DNA of 64,000 bases from the NCBI GenBank assembly GCA_030248215.1, contig JASANG010002792.1:62001-126000 (forward strand). Direction: 5' to 3'. Made by a program: the position numbers and the translations under genes. Source of the DNA: Enoplolaimus lenunculus. Lineage: Eukaryota. Positions 1 through 20,724 of the stretch are shown here, piece by piece; within the stretch, counting starts at the first letter, position 1; every line of letters begins with the position of its first letter. The notes beneath the pieces were generated by a model. The model saw only the letters and a program-made list of their open reading frames with translations, was not told the DNA's origin and did no database searches.

Positions 1-1
1 T

Positions 2-2283
2 TTATCGTGGTTACGCGGCAAATGGTGCCACCGGCTGCATTTTAGGAAAATTATTCAAAAACACACTGACATTTCTCTGGGCGATTGTTCGTTTTTGAAT
101 ACGTGTTTTCATATGAACAGTTGTAAGTATATTCATTACGAAGTTGACTATGGCAATGTCGATCCTAACGCGAAAAGTTCGTCTAAAGTTTCACAGGAAC
201 TGGATCCGAGAACGACGTTGGCAAAAGATGCAACTATTGCTGATGATAGCGAAACGCCAGTGCGGTTGTACCCTCAACAGGTTAGCTTCTGAGCAAGTAT
301 TTGAATTTCGCCCTGTATGATCCTAGAAGATTCCTAAAAGTTTAACCGGTGCAATCAGCTTTGGTTCCACATGTAATTTTCTATTTGAAGAGGGTATCGC
401 GCAGAAATTAGGATACTCTTGAATCAAAAATTTAAAAACAGTTGTAAATAACGGTTGGTTATGAACTAAAAAATTGTTCTTGCGGATAATTCGAAATTGT
501 ACAGAACCAATATTTTTCATCTAACGACTATCTTTAAATGAATAGACAAAAAATTACTTGATTTGGTAGATTACCTAATCAATTTATAATTAGTTTCTAC
601 TTTCTAGTGGATCCAGTGTGATTTGCGTTGGTTTGATCTGACAATTTTGGGCAAATTCTCTGTGATTATGGCAGATCCGCCGTGGGACATTCATATGGAA
701 TTGCCGTACGGAACAATGAGCGATGATGAAATGCGAAATTTAAAAATACAAGTTTTACAAGACGAAGGGCTCATATTTTTGTGGGTGACAGGAAGGTAAG
801 TTTGAGGTATTAGCCGGCTCGAAGTTGTGTCGTAGTCTTGTTGTGAAATTGCGGTTTCTATCATTGTTTGCATATTGGGACTTTAAAAGAGATACGACAA
901 CCTGAATTAACACAAGCTGAAATTAATTAGCTACCTCAGGACGTAAACTATTTGAAAATGAGACTGATATATGTAGACATAGTTCAAGACTACGGCACTT
1001 AAAACGTGAAACTAATTTGTGTGTTAACTTTAGCAGAATTACGTGTCACAGTAAAAGGCGTGCTAAAATATACAATACCTACATGTTTAAACGTGCAATA
1101 TTTTATAGGGCAATGGAACTTGGCCGTGAATGCCTTCAAACATGGGGATACGAACAATGTGATGAAATTTTATGGGTGAAAACCAATCAACTACAAAGGA
1201 TAATTAGGACCGGCCGAACTGGGCACTGGTTGAATCATGGAAAAGAACATTGTCTGGTAAGAAAAGCCAGTTAGTAGTTATATTTGCGGGATAGGCTGTG
1301 CAGCTGTTATCGTGAATAGATCCTGCGTTTCTAACTAGCATGTGAAAACTATGAATGGTGTTCGCAACACAAGCGTAATTTGATTTTGTTCACCTATACA
1401 TATACGTGATTCGGATACAAAATACGGTTACCAATTGAAACATTTTGAGACTTAGACTTAGGATTCCGTTTGTATAAGGCTTTTTGTTTTATGCTTTGAG
1501 TAAACAAGTTGATTATTCATAATATCGTAATTTTGCAAGTTTTAGGTTGGATACAAAGGTTCGTTGAATCGCTATAACCGCGGTTTGGACTGTGATGTTA
1601 TTGTGGCTGAGGTAAGGCAAATCTGGACGTTACTAATTTGCTATACTTTAATTGCAGTCGTTAAAACGTTAGAATTTAAGTCGCTATTCCTGTTTAGAAT
1701 ATGAAACTGACATATTTTAAATTTATGGCTTATTGTGTTGTGGCTACGTAAACATATGAGGTCTTTGTAGATAATCAAAATTGATAAGGTAATTGTTTGT
1801 ATTTTAAGGTACGCGAAACCAGCCATAAACCCGACGAAATTTATGGCCTAATTGAACGTCTTTCACCTGGCACTCGAAAGTTGGAACTTTTTGGTCGAAT
1901 GCATAACGCTCAAAAAAATTGGTTTGATTTTAAATTATTTTCACGAATTTGTAATTATTGGGAATGGTTTTGTAGCAAGTTTTAACACAAATGGATATGA
2001 GTTAGCACTGCAAATGGAGTAGTAGTATTGCTGCTTTTGTTTTTGACTAAAAATAAGTTACTTGTTTTGTTTTATAGGTATTAAAATTTTGAAATTTTTT
2101 CAAATTATAGTACTAAGGAACTAACTCGTAGGTAGTGTTTAGTTATTAATTGAGTGTTGCATATATTCTAGGATAACACTAGGCAATCAGTTGGATGGCA
2201 TTCGACTGCTTGACCCGGAAGTTGTTTCGCGATTTAAAGCAAAATTTCCCGATGGAAATTGTATGGTTCGGCCGAAGCCATAA
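2..2283 (+). CDS. METTL3: N6-adenosine (m6A) mRNA methyltransferase catalytic subunit, MT-A70 family; 5'-truncated by the window edge. Exons <2-280, 608-795, 1109-1256, 1546-1611, 1809-1921, 2172-2283
   Basis: All introns are GT-AG and phase-consistent. Translation gives zinc-finger region [41 protein letters not shown], catalytic DPPW ([19 protein letters not shown]), [59 protein letters not shown] and [10 protein letters not shown], then stop TAA at 2281-2283. Confidence 0.97.
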
Positions 2284-4212
2284 TATTGTACTATCAAAGA
2301 ATATTGGAGATAATACGTCGTTTATACTTGGGCTCGCGCAGAATTGGAAAGGCAATATCCGTTTGTTAAGATTGATGGCAAAGCAAGCGGTGTGGCGCTG
2401 GGAGTTTGTGCCGACAGCTTTCGAGTGTTCTCTCGTACACTTTTTTCCATTGACGTAGATTCAAGAAAAGGCTTACTTAAGCCTGAGTCTTACGCCTAAG
2501 CTTTACCCTTAAATGTGGGAGAAGTATACAACATTTTGAGTGAAATGAAAATAAGGTTTTCGAGGAGAAAATGGTTATTTTCTTGTCAAGGTGAAAAGTG
2601 AATATTGTAGCGGCTGTTTGAATATAAATTTGTGATTTAGTAACCTTTTTCACTGTAAAAGAAACGGTGCCGTGCTAATGCGTCAAGTGAATGGGCAGAT
2701 TTTGAGGAAAACTTTCTGGCTTGGTATGTTTATTTGTAACATCGGCCAATGGGTTCGTGTTACTCCTAGGAGCGTAACAGTTGTGTGTGCATATTTCTAA
2801 GCCTAACTAAAAAATTAGTCGAAAGTATATGCCTACAAGGCGTTCACACAAAATAAATTGTCTTAAAATTTCAAGTCTCCTACTTTCCTAAATTTTCAAG
2901 ACATAAATGTCTTGTATTTCAGACATTAATAGCCTTAAACAGCTCATAAACTCGTTTCTTGAATGGTTAAAACATAAATGTCTTATATGCAAAAAATTGC
3001 TATTGCCAATTTCTTTCTTTCAAGAAATAGGTTGTCTTTTATTCAAGAATTAATTTTCTGATTTTTATGTATGTAAAAAGCGTTGCTCAGTTTATATTCT
3101 TAAAAGGGCATATAAATAATAGAGTTTCAAAGATATTTCGTCTTGAGATCAGGCTCTTCTAACCTAAGTTTACGTGTCGGACGTATCTTAGGTTGTAAAA
3201 TTAGAGTAACGAGTTGAGCTTTAGCCACCAATTTTAGAGTCAGTTTCCATGGCAAATCTCTGAATTATATTTCAGATATGTTTTTCTTAATTGTTCATAA
3301 AACAAAGTCTTAAATTCAAGACAGTTAAGTGTTAAAAGTTTTCGAATATTTCTGAAATTTTTATAAATAAAAGTTAGTCTTGAATTCAAGACATTACTCT
3401 AAAATAATATAAAAAAAAATATTCACTCCTCTACAATATTTTTTTTTTTATTTTATAATAAAATCAACACAAAAAAATTATATACATCATTTTGCGCCCT
3501 CCCTCCTTACACCATTTCACCCCTTTTTCCCAAAAACACCAACCAAACCAAAAAAAGGACTCATATTTCCCTCTCAAGTACCACGTTGCTATTCGTGAAC
3601 GGACATTGTTTATTTTTCAACCCAATGGAGTCAAGCAAGATTTGCTTCATCGAATTAGAGTAATTAACTTTTATAGGTTCTTCTAATTAGATTGCTGTGG
3701 CAAAAATCCAAATCCCGTTTCTGGTTAAATTTTTGCTGGAGGTTTGGGCAATTTTAGTAGTGCCATTTTTCGTATTTTAGAAATGTGTAACACATGAAGT
3801 TGTTTAAACTTTCATGACGGTGAATAAGGATTTTGGGGATGTGGAAGGCGTCCCCTCGCATTGGTCCAAGTAGACTAATATATTATTCAACCTTTTGTCC
3901 AGAATTTGTAACTTTCAACACTTTCAGAAAAATTATGTCCAGAAAATTTGCCGCTTGGCGTGTAAACCAGACAAATTTTCACTGTTAAGATAAGCACGGC
4001 TTAACGTTCCAGTGGACTATTGCCATATAAACATGCATTTTTAGTTCTCCGGAATGCTCCGGAGCTCTTCGCCACAATTATGCAGACCCCAAGACCTACA
4101 GAATTCTTCGAAATCCTCAATGGCTACCGAATTGTACGGGTGCGCCTTCCCTTACGCTCTGAAGATCATTGATCCGAGCATTTCGAGTAATTTTTTGGAC
4201 AACACGTGGGTA

Positions 4213-4435
4213 CACTGTAAATATGGGGAGTCAAATTGACTCTGTTAAAAATAGGCTTTTACTGACTACACAAACTGAGTCAAATTTGACTCCGCCAGAG
4301 CCAAATTCGACTCACTGAGCGATTCAATGAATCGAATTTTACTCTAGCGGAATCGAATTTTGACTCAGTTTGTGTACTTAGTCAGGAAAAGCCTATTTCC
4401 GAGAGAGTCAATTTGACTCCCTATTTTTTACAGTG
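4213..4435. mobile_element. Palindromic ~200-bp MITE family A (CACTG...CAGTG, TA/TG flanks; CMC/CACTA-like). Other copies 5912-6114, 20525-20724, 22886-23072, 59872-60063
   Basis: Long inverted arms gagtcaaattgactctctccgaaataggc are shared by five copies. Confidence 0.85.
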
Positions 4436-5123
4436 TAGATCTCCGCATACTTCAGTGACGGCTGCACTCTGTACATTTTACTGAACATTTTTGTAAGGTA
4501 ACTGAGGCCAAGTGATAATACACTGGAAAATTATAGATACTTCTCTGATCACGAAAGAAAAGATATGAGTGGGTAAAGGTAGCTCGTGGGTAAAGTAATC
4601 TTACGCTGCAATACCTGTAGGTAAAACGTAAAATTTTCCAAGGTAATGCGTGGGACGGATTAAGAAATCTGATTGTATATAGTGTCTTTTATAATAAATA
4701 CACCGGCGGTGAAACTTTTTGTCGTCTTTGGTATGTTAAATAAATGAAGACTTTTGTTTTTAAGAGCGAAATATTTTAAACAATTGAAAACATTTAGCCA
4801 TAAATGCAATGCATAAACTTTTGAAATGTGTGATGGACTCCATCAAGAAGTGTTGACCTAGTTTTCCTGTATGCTTTCAAATTCAATTGTATATACACTG
4901 CCATCATATTCCAAATTGTAATTTAGGATTGAGCTTGCTGTGCTATTGCTAAACGTTTCTTTGTATTAATGCGATTTTCAAATAGGAACCGGCCAGCGTT
5001 CCGTAGAATGTAGTTGAATTTATTTCGAACCTAAAATAATTTCAATCTGGATTAGATTATATAGCCGTGCCGTGACACAACTTCAACTTCCTATAACTAG
5101 TAAACTAAACATCCTTACGAACA

Positions 5124-5828
5124 CACTGTAAATTTTAATGAGTTAATTTTAACCAAAAAAACCCAGACAAAACGCTACACCCCCAAAAAAACCACCTCAA
5201 TATATTCTCTCACTATACCTCCTACACTGTAAATTTTAGTAGTGATAATGAGTTGAATCACTCAGTCCGAGTTAGGACTATCAGAACTCAGGATTTTGAG
5301 TTGATTCACTTCATTTTGAGTTAATTAACCAACTCACCCAGAGCCAACTCAACTCAGAGTGAGAAACCACTCAACTCAGTGTGAGTTAATGTTTACTGAT
5401 ATTAATTCAGAAATAACCAACACGCAAGCTGAATTGATTAACCAACTCATCGGAATTTACAGTGCAAAATTTGACATCAGTTTAAACCTGAACCTAATGA
5501 AACCCAGGCAAGAAGCGCTACGCGCCTCAAAAAAACCACGCGTCAATATATTTCTCTCAAATGCTATGCCTTGCTACACTGTAAATTTTAGTTAGTTGAT
5601 TTTAATTCAGAATGAGTTGAATCACTCAGTCTGAGTTAGGGCTATCAGAACTCAGGATTTTGAGTTGATTCACTTCATTTTGAGTTAATTAACCAACTCA
5701 CCCAGAGCCAACTCAACTCAGAGTGAGAATCAACTCAACTCACAGTGAGTTAATGTTTACCGATATTAATTCAGAAATAATCAACTCCCTAGCTGAATTG
5801 ATTTATCAACTCATTAGAATTTACAGTG
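5124..5828. mobile_element. Tandem copies of a second CACTG-ended MITE (5226-5464, 5577-5828) with a duplicated spacer
   Basis: cactgtaaatttta...aatttacagtg ends; near-identical internal sequence at a period of ~350 bp. Confidence 0.75.
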
Positions 5829-5911
5829 TATGATCTTCAAGCCAATGTTGAAATTGAAGATTATTTTACGGTGTCTGAGTTGATAATGTAAAGTTTTGTT
5901 CGAAAATAATA

Positions 5912-6114
5912 CACTGTAAAAACAACGGTGATTTGAATTGGTTCTCCGAAATAGGCTCTATAAACAAACTGAGTCAAATTCGATTACGCCAGGGTCAAAT
6001 TCGACTCAATAAGTCGCACGTTTGACTCTGGTGGAGTTGAATTTGACTCAGCTTGTGTAGTCCCGTAGAGCCTATTTCGGACAGAGTCAATTTGACTTAC
6101 CATTCTTTGCAGTG
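5912..6114. mobile_element. MITE family A copy
   Basis: cactgtaaaa...ttgcagtg with TA flanks. Confidence 0.8.
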
Positions 6115-6140
6115 TATACCTATATGCACTTATTTGTAAT

Positions 6141-9100
6141 TTAATGGTTAGAGGTATTAAAAATTTGGAAGCATGCTAAACAGAAATGAAACCGAAATTC
6201 TCTATCTGTTTGGTCATAGTCGACAGATGCCTTGCGTACGACCTTATACTTATGTTCAGAAATTATACGTATTATTATATTTTTCAAACTGACAAAGTTG
6301 AAGAAAATTGCAATTTAAACACACCGTCGAATCTGATAGCGCATGAGTCAACCAAATGTACCATCCGAGAGCGATATTCACTGGGAACGCAATGCTTGTG
6401 TACCCTGCGTTCAAACTGAAAGTCGCCACTGACCCGACCACAAATGAAATTCCACTGAGGATCGTTTTGATCAGTAAAGAGTTTGTGGACAACCTGAAAT
6501 ATATATATAAATATATAAATATATATATATGCAAATATATATATGTATATATAAGCATTTTTCATTTCAACACAATGCAAGACTCTAAAATTAATCGCTA
6601 GTGTTGCAATACCATAGAAAAACCGAAGGTATGCGTCCTTTTCGGGCTTGGCAAAATTCTTGCCAGGTGATCCGGCAATTTCCGCATTGTGATTTTTTGT
6701 ATTTTTCTAAACAAAACTCAATTGAAACTGTGCCCACAATACGTAATTATGTTGGGCGATCCAGCTTTAATTATATAGATTTGGTATTGGTACACACGTA
6801 CTCTCTAGCGAACGCTTTGTGTCAAACTAACTTAACATTACAACTTACAAAGCTGATAATTTCAACGCTGGGTCTGCAGTTGGTAAATATGTCGGTACAC
6901 CCATCATTATTGCCGATTCAGATATAATAATTGCCGATACACACAGAACGACAATTGGTACAATGTTTCCAAGATAAACTGCGGTCGAATCGTAGTTTAT
7001 CCAGCAGCTATTAATTGAAATTTAAAACTCAAAAGTATTGTTTTAATAAAATTTAAAAAAAAACTAAATCATGAAGAGAGGCGTATATTTCCATTTTTCT
7101 TTTAAATCACGCAATTCTCAGCAACTCTGTACAGTACAGAAACAGGTATTCCAGTTGTGGCCAATGTATAGAAAAGAGCTGTAGAAAAACCATATTCCTA
7201 ACCCTAAAGCCTAGCGAAACAATTAGTCAAAAGCTTAAGCTTACACTATTGCAATCCCGCAGAAAAGTGTTCCGCCCCTGATTTTTACATGGGCAAAAGT
7301 TGTGCTAGGTATTCTCGTAAAACTTTTATGCATCATAAATCCACCTTGTCAGTTTAAAAAAGTGACTCAACTAACGGATTACACACGTGACTAGCAAACA
7401 TTTACGACCATTAAAACAGTGGAATTTTCGGAAATTTCATAAGTTGAAAATGCTATGCGATTTATTTTGCTAGAAATGAGTATCCCGGTTAAACCGTGGT
7501 ATTAACTCTAAATTGTTCAGAGAAGATAGAAAATTAAAAAATTAATAAACGCTGCAATTAAACGTACGAAAAATCAGATTTGTACTGTCCAATTGCTGAA
7601 AATGTCGTTAAACTTGTGACGAGCGCTCCAAATCCTGCAGCAAAGTCATTGTTTTTACATTAACAGTCATTTTCTCACATGTCCAAGCGTCACGGTGAGA
7701 AATTTTAGCGAAAAAAATTGAACGACTTATTGCAATTTTTACGACCTCGCCTTTTTTGCCCGAGGGAGAACAGTTAAAATCCAGAAAACAGTTTTGTGAA
7801 TTTATTACAATTGAGGATCAAACATTTGCAGAACGCAGTGAAAAGCTCGAATCTGCCGAAAATTTTCACAGTTGAACTATTTTTAACGTCGATCGCGTTT
7901 TTCTCGGTTAGCAATCCTTTACCATCGCCACTAAACTAAGGAGATTGCCAATTGAGCCCAAGAAGCTTAGGTCTTGGGAAGATTTGTACTGCGTAGAGAT
8001 AACGTAGTTATTAAACACTACGTGATGTGTATTTTATTTCGTATTTTACTGGTTGAACTGAGTTACTCATAGCACATGTTCAATGAAAACTAATTTTTTT
8101 TTCAGTTTTGAGAATCAGCCAAAGAAAGCTGTACTAACCCAGCGACAGGGTGACATAGTGTTTTCGGGTTAAAACTGGTTGCAACGATGACACTTCAGTC
8201 AGAATCAATAAAGAATTCAGAGCTTCGCAAAGTATAAACGCTGAATATGAAACGAAACCAAATTGAATAAAAATTCCAGCCATCTCGCAAGTGATGAACG
8301 GCTTCTGCAAAAAAAAGAACTTAAAGAAGCTATTTGTTATGGGCCATACACCTAAAAATGTTGTTTGACGCGGGTTTCACGTTGTAAATGGGGCAGCTCG
8401 GGTCACGTTTTGTCACATTCTACATATTGGGTAACATTTTGTCCGCGAGGTAAACCAGTATGATATGCCAAATACAGTAGTCAGCTACCATGCATCGGTC
8501 ACGTTTTGTCTTTTAATATCATACAGTATTCTCTACATCGTCTGTCAACATCATATAATCATTTTAAATATGTCAACTGAGCAAGTAGGTTTGCGTATGG
8601 CAGAATATCATGTGATACTGATACTAACAGACATGTGCCGCCGTTAGACTCATATGCTGTTACCAATGTAAATAGTGATATTTTTATGGCGGGAAATTTA
8701 AGTTTTGGCGGAAATATTCAAAATTTGGAAAGCAAAGTAGGTTTCCCGCAGTGGCATGTACCGTTAGTATCATATGATATTGCGACAATGAAATAACAGT
8801 AATATTATGGTGGAAAATTTTAATTTTGGGTGAAATATTCAAAATTTGTCGAGAAAATTATATTTTCGGCGGGAAATTTCAAATTTTGGCGGGAAAGAAA
8901 AATTCAAATTTCGACAGAAAAAGTGAAATTTTGGCGGGCTGTCTTTGATCTGTTTAAAACTACATAATGGAATATCACTTGATACACTTAAACTGTCCGT
9001 CTTGTTAAATACATATATATGCTGTGAATTTGAAATATCATATGATATTCACCAATTTGTCTAATAGTTTCAAATGGCATATGAACACTTGTATATTGAG

Positions 9101-9986
9101 ACGCTTTGTACCCGTACTTCGTATAGCAATGTCATATGATATTCGACTTTCGTCTCCGTATCACATGATGATAGAGAAATTTGTGTTGATGTCGAATCAA
9201 CATGTGACAAAACGTGACCCGACTGACACAGTTATAACATGAATCCGGCGCGAGCTGCTCTGAACGCTTTTGCTTTCAAATCAACATGTGACAAAACGTG
9301 ACCCGACTGACACAGTTATAACATGAATCCGGCGTGAGCTGCTCTGAATCCTTTTGTTTTCGAAAAACCCCACAGTATGATTCAAATTTTCGTTAACAAG
9401 AGTGCCTTTACAATAGCAGTTACGTTCTGCGGCGTATGCTACTTAGGAAAAATGAGTAAAGAAAGGTATATATTTCGATAACATTTTTGAAACTTACTCG
9501 CGTATACCCACTTCCGAAATGAAATTTTAGCTACGCCTCCTTTGACATCCTATAACGTGTTTATGCTTTTTTTGTTTATGTCAACTTACTCTCGGGTCAG
9601 CAGCCAATAAAATGACAGCATGAGCTAAAAGCAGTGATATTTCTTCGCCCATGTGAATTATTCGGTCGAGTGAAAACGCTCTAAAATACACAGACGCTTA
9701 TTGTCAGGAAGGTAAGCATTTTCTTCGCTGCCGGATCCAAACCAGGTTAGCCAGGCTATGCCCGGCCAACACAAAATTAAAACCAAATTTCGGATTTATA
9801 ATTGCGTTCGCGCGGATGCTGTAGCACAAGTTGCTCGTTGAAACGTGTAACAAACATTAGTTTAAACTTTTTTTACCTCAAAAGAATAAAACTAATAATA
9901 CAACACGACAAAACAGCAATAATCCATGTGCAACCAAGAACTTGAACAGTTTTCAGTATTATATTTACGGTTGGTGAATATGGTTT
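6141..9986 (-). CDS. Secretin/adhesion-like (family 2) 7TM GPCR transmembrane region. Exons 9986-9877, 9680-9590, 8304-8139, 7634-7568, 7007-6849, 6493-6325 (or read-through to stop at 6256), possible last exon 6242-6141
   Basis: Six phase-consistent GT-AG exons give TM1 ILKTVQVLGCTWIIAVLSCCIISFILL, TM2 IIHMGEEISLLLAHAVILL, TM3 CEMAGIFIQFGFVSYSAFILCEAL, TM4 YVTLSLGFGALVTSLTTF, ECL2 YKSDFSCWINY, TM5 LGNIVPIVVLCVSAIIISE and TM6/7 ILSGISFVVGSVA...PVNIALGWYIWLTH. The TM3 Cys and ECL2 'CW' match family 2 receptors. The N-terminus is unresolved. Confidence 0.85.
8394..9362. mobile_element. Unclassified TIR element containing a 20-bp satellite, with an 84-bp tandem duplication at its right end
   Basis: cgggtcacgttttgtcaca ... 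tgtgacaaaacgtgacccg inverted ends; TTTTGGCGGGAAATTCAAAA-like array 8685-8940; 9195-9278 is repeated at 9279-9362. Confidence 0.6.
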
Positions 9987-10047
9987 CTGAAATAGATAAA
10001 AAACACACATAGGCTTATAAAGTTATAAAGTTGGCGCCGGCAAACTA

Positions 10048-10496
10048 CTGTAGTGACCCGAATAACAGTGGGGGTAATAAGAGGGGGAAGGGGTCCCCAT
10101 TTTGAGTCCCAATCAATTGGAGTCCGTATACCTAATAAGAGTTCGTAAGCGGATAGAGTCCCTAAACCTTAATTAGAGTCCATAAATATCAATTATCTCT
10201 AATTATAGCGCATAAATCACTCCAGGCCCAAATAAAGTTGAGTTCAAAACTTTAAAGCCTACTTAAGTTTTGGAAGTACATTCATAAGTTTAACCTTGCA
10301 TTATCGCTCAAGCTTTTGATTCAGGACAAATAAACGTTTAATTTAACGGATAATTGCAACATCGCATATATGTCAGTACCGAAGGAAGGCGGAGGGCAGG
10401 TTAAAAATAAATGACAGTCCGTGACCGCATAACAGGAGGGACCCTCTGGAGAGGCCAAATAAATATCAGTCCACCCTCTGATTCGGGTCACAACAG
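10048..10496. mobile_element. MITE family B (~430 bp, TIR CTGTAGTGACCCGAATAA, TA target; Tc1/mariner-pogo-like). Other copies 12570-13206 (compound), 19947-20365, 22166-22606, 34601-35017, 42746-~43075 (truncated), ~15840-16150 (partial)
   Basis: Shared TIRs and internal sequence (gagtccgtatccctaataagag, ggactctatccgcttacgg). Confidence 0.85.
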
Positions 10497-10599
10497 AATA
10501 TGCCATTTACCACTAAATTAGTAAAAATCAGTATATATGTTTACTTTACATGCAAAATATATATTTATATATAGCGCATGGAATACCTTAAAAAGAAGG

Positions 10600-10750
10600 C
10601 TACTTCCATTCTTGTACTTGCAATGTTACTTTTACTCGAAGCAAAACTGCTAAAGCGCAAATCAAACAAAATGCAATCGGAAGTGCAAGCAAGCCTGCAG
10701 TTAAAAATACAAAAGTCAGACTGCAATTACCTCCTTTGGGAATCGATATC
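10600..10750 (-). CDS. Candidate terminal exon encoding a single TM helix, possibly the C-terminus of the PAN/mucin/Sushi protein
   Basis: After a ttttag acceptor it reads ISIPKGGNCSLTFVFLTAGLLALPIAFCLICALAVLLRVKVTLQVQEWK*. I could not phase-link it cleanly to the Sushi exon; candidate linker exon 11090-11026 ends in phase 0. Confidence 0.35.
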
Positions 10751-11143
10751 CTAAAAGTACAAAATAAATCGAAGTTTAAACGCCACCAGAATTTTTAAGC
10801 GGCCAAACAGTGTTTCTCGTTTGCGTATGCAGGCCAATGTATAGAACACGGCCGTAACTGTAGAATAAGCATATTCCAAAGCCTAAACTTAAGCGTAAGA
10901 ATACGCTTAAACTTAAGCTTAAGCGAAAGCAAAAATTAGAGTAAAGTTTAAGCTTACTCAATTGCAGTCCCACACAAAAAAGTTCATCCCCTTATCCTTA
11001 CATGAGTCCATGGGCATAAAATTACAATTTCGAGAGCTCGAATTGATATCATTGGTGTTTTATTTTTAACTCTGGTTTGTTTAGAAATATCTACATTTTT
11101 GAACAGCAATAATTTGCTTAAAACATAAAATTTTGCTCTTTAA

Positions 11144-12220
11144 AGCTCTGTTCACACGTGCAAGTTTTTTGCTGCGAGATCTTGCAGATGCAAATTGTAC
11201 GCGAACTTGCGTTTCTTCATCAGCCAATGAGAAAGCGGCATATGTAATAAATGCAGTGAACTTGCATAGTTATTTCTCGCAGCAAGAACTTGCACGTGTG
11301 AATAGGACTTTAATTAAAGATCAAATTAGCCGCATTTTTCTCACAAAGCCTATATATATTGAGTTTGACTTTAGATATAATTACGAAGACAACATGTTTT
11401 GCATCAGAGATTTACATTAAGCATTATTCACACGAACAAGTTCTTGCTGTGAGAACTTCCAGCTGCAACTTGCACTTGCAAGTTTTGTACAAAATCCCGT
11501 TCGACAAACTTGCGGCTGCATATAGTTCATTAAAAATCATAATTAGGAATTTAGTTAACATGTAGGAATAACCATGCAAGTTCACTAAATTTATTGTAGC
11601 CGCTGTCTCATTGGCTGATGAAAAAATGCAAATTCTGCGTGCACTTTGCAGCTGCAAGTTATCGCATCAAAAACTTGTACGTGCGATTGATTAGGACATA
11701 AAACTAAAATACAACTTTAATAGGACGAGATTTAGATGCTACTACAGTTTAATACGAAATCCCAATTGGCAGAACACTCTATACAGAGTTGTGCTTTAAG
11801 GGTCATGGCAGATAAATTGCTCGTTTTTATAAGTTATTGACACTCTACCAATTTCAATTTGACGGCGGCAACCTTGTAATAAAGGCGCTCTTTTAAATTA
11901 AAAATTAAAATGTTGGTTAAGCCTCATACACATGCGCAAGTTTCTGGAGGGGAGAACTCGTAGCTGTAACTTGCACGAAATACTTACAGCTGCAAGTGTA
12001 TTCAAAGGAACGAACATTCCGACTGACCAATCAAACTGCAGATGCCAAAAATTGAAGCGACTTGCAACTGCGTTCTCAGATGCGAATTAAATTAAATAGC
12101 ATAGATTCCAGTGAATAATTTACAGCTGCAAGAACTTTAAAGATGCTTTGTGACAAAACTTGCCCATGCAAGTTGCACGTGCAAGTTTTGTTGCCAAAAG
12201 TGGCTCGTGTGAACAGGGAT
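11144..12220. mobile_element. Three adjacent palindromic MITEs (TGTTCACACGTGCAAG arms; PIF/Harbinger-like): ~11144-11309, 11420-11695, 11920-12220. Relatives at 19270-19525 and 43645-43765
   Basis: cacacgtgcaagttt ... aacttgcacgtgtg inverted arms with TAA/TTA flanks. Confidence 0.7.
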
Positions 12221-12272
12221 TAAATCTTATCAATCTATATTTTGTGCCTTTCAGAATAGTTGAAAACCATAC

Positions 12273-20492
<8,220 letters not shown>

Positions 20493-20524
20493 ATTTCAAT
20501 TTCGAGTTAGTTAATACAAAATTG

Positions 20525-20724
20525 CACTGCAAAAAATGGTGAGTCAAATTGACTCTCTCCGAAATAGGCTATTCGTGACTACACAAACTAAGTCAAAATT
20601 CGACTCCACTAGAGCCAAATTGAGTCTAGTTAGACTCAGGCGGAGTCGAATTTTGACTCAGTTTGTGTAGTCAGGAAAAGCCTATTTCGGAGAGAGTCAA
20701 TTTGACTCACCGTTTTTTGCAATG
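20525..20724. mobile_element. MITE family A copy, 33 bp upstream of the mucin gene ATG
   Basis: cactgcaaaaaatggtgagtcaaattgactc...gagtcaatttgactcaccgttttttgcaatg. Confidence 0.8.

Noticed and set aside
6284..6580. Reading 6493-6300 as a frameshifted Sushi domain or as the VVHKLFTDQ frame
   Set aside because: The TM6-TM7 frame fits without frameshifts and is phase-consistent.
6613..6706. AG...GT-bounded segment reading TWQEFCQARKGRIPSV (C-type-lectin-like)
   Set aside because: It lies between the TM5 and TM6 exons, which join in phase without it; including it breaks the 7TM frame.
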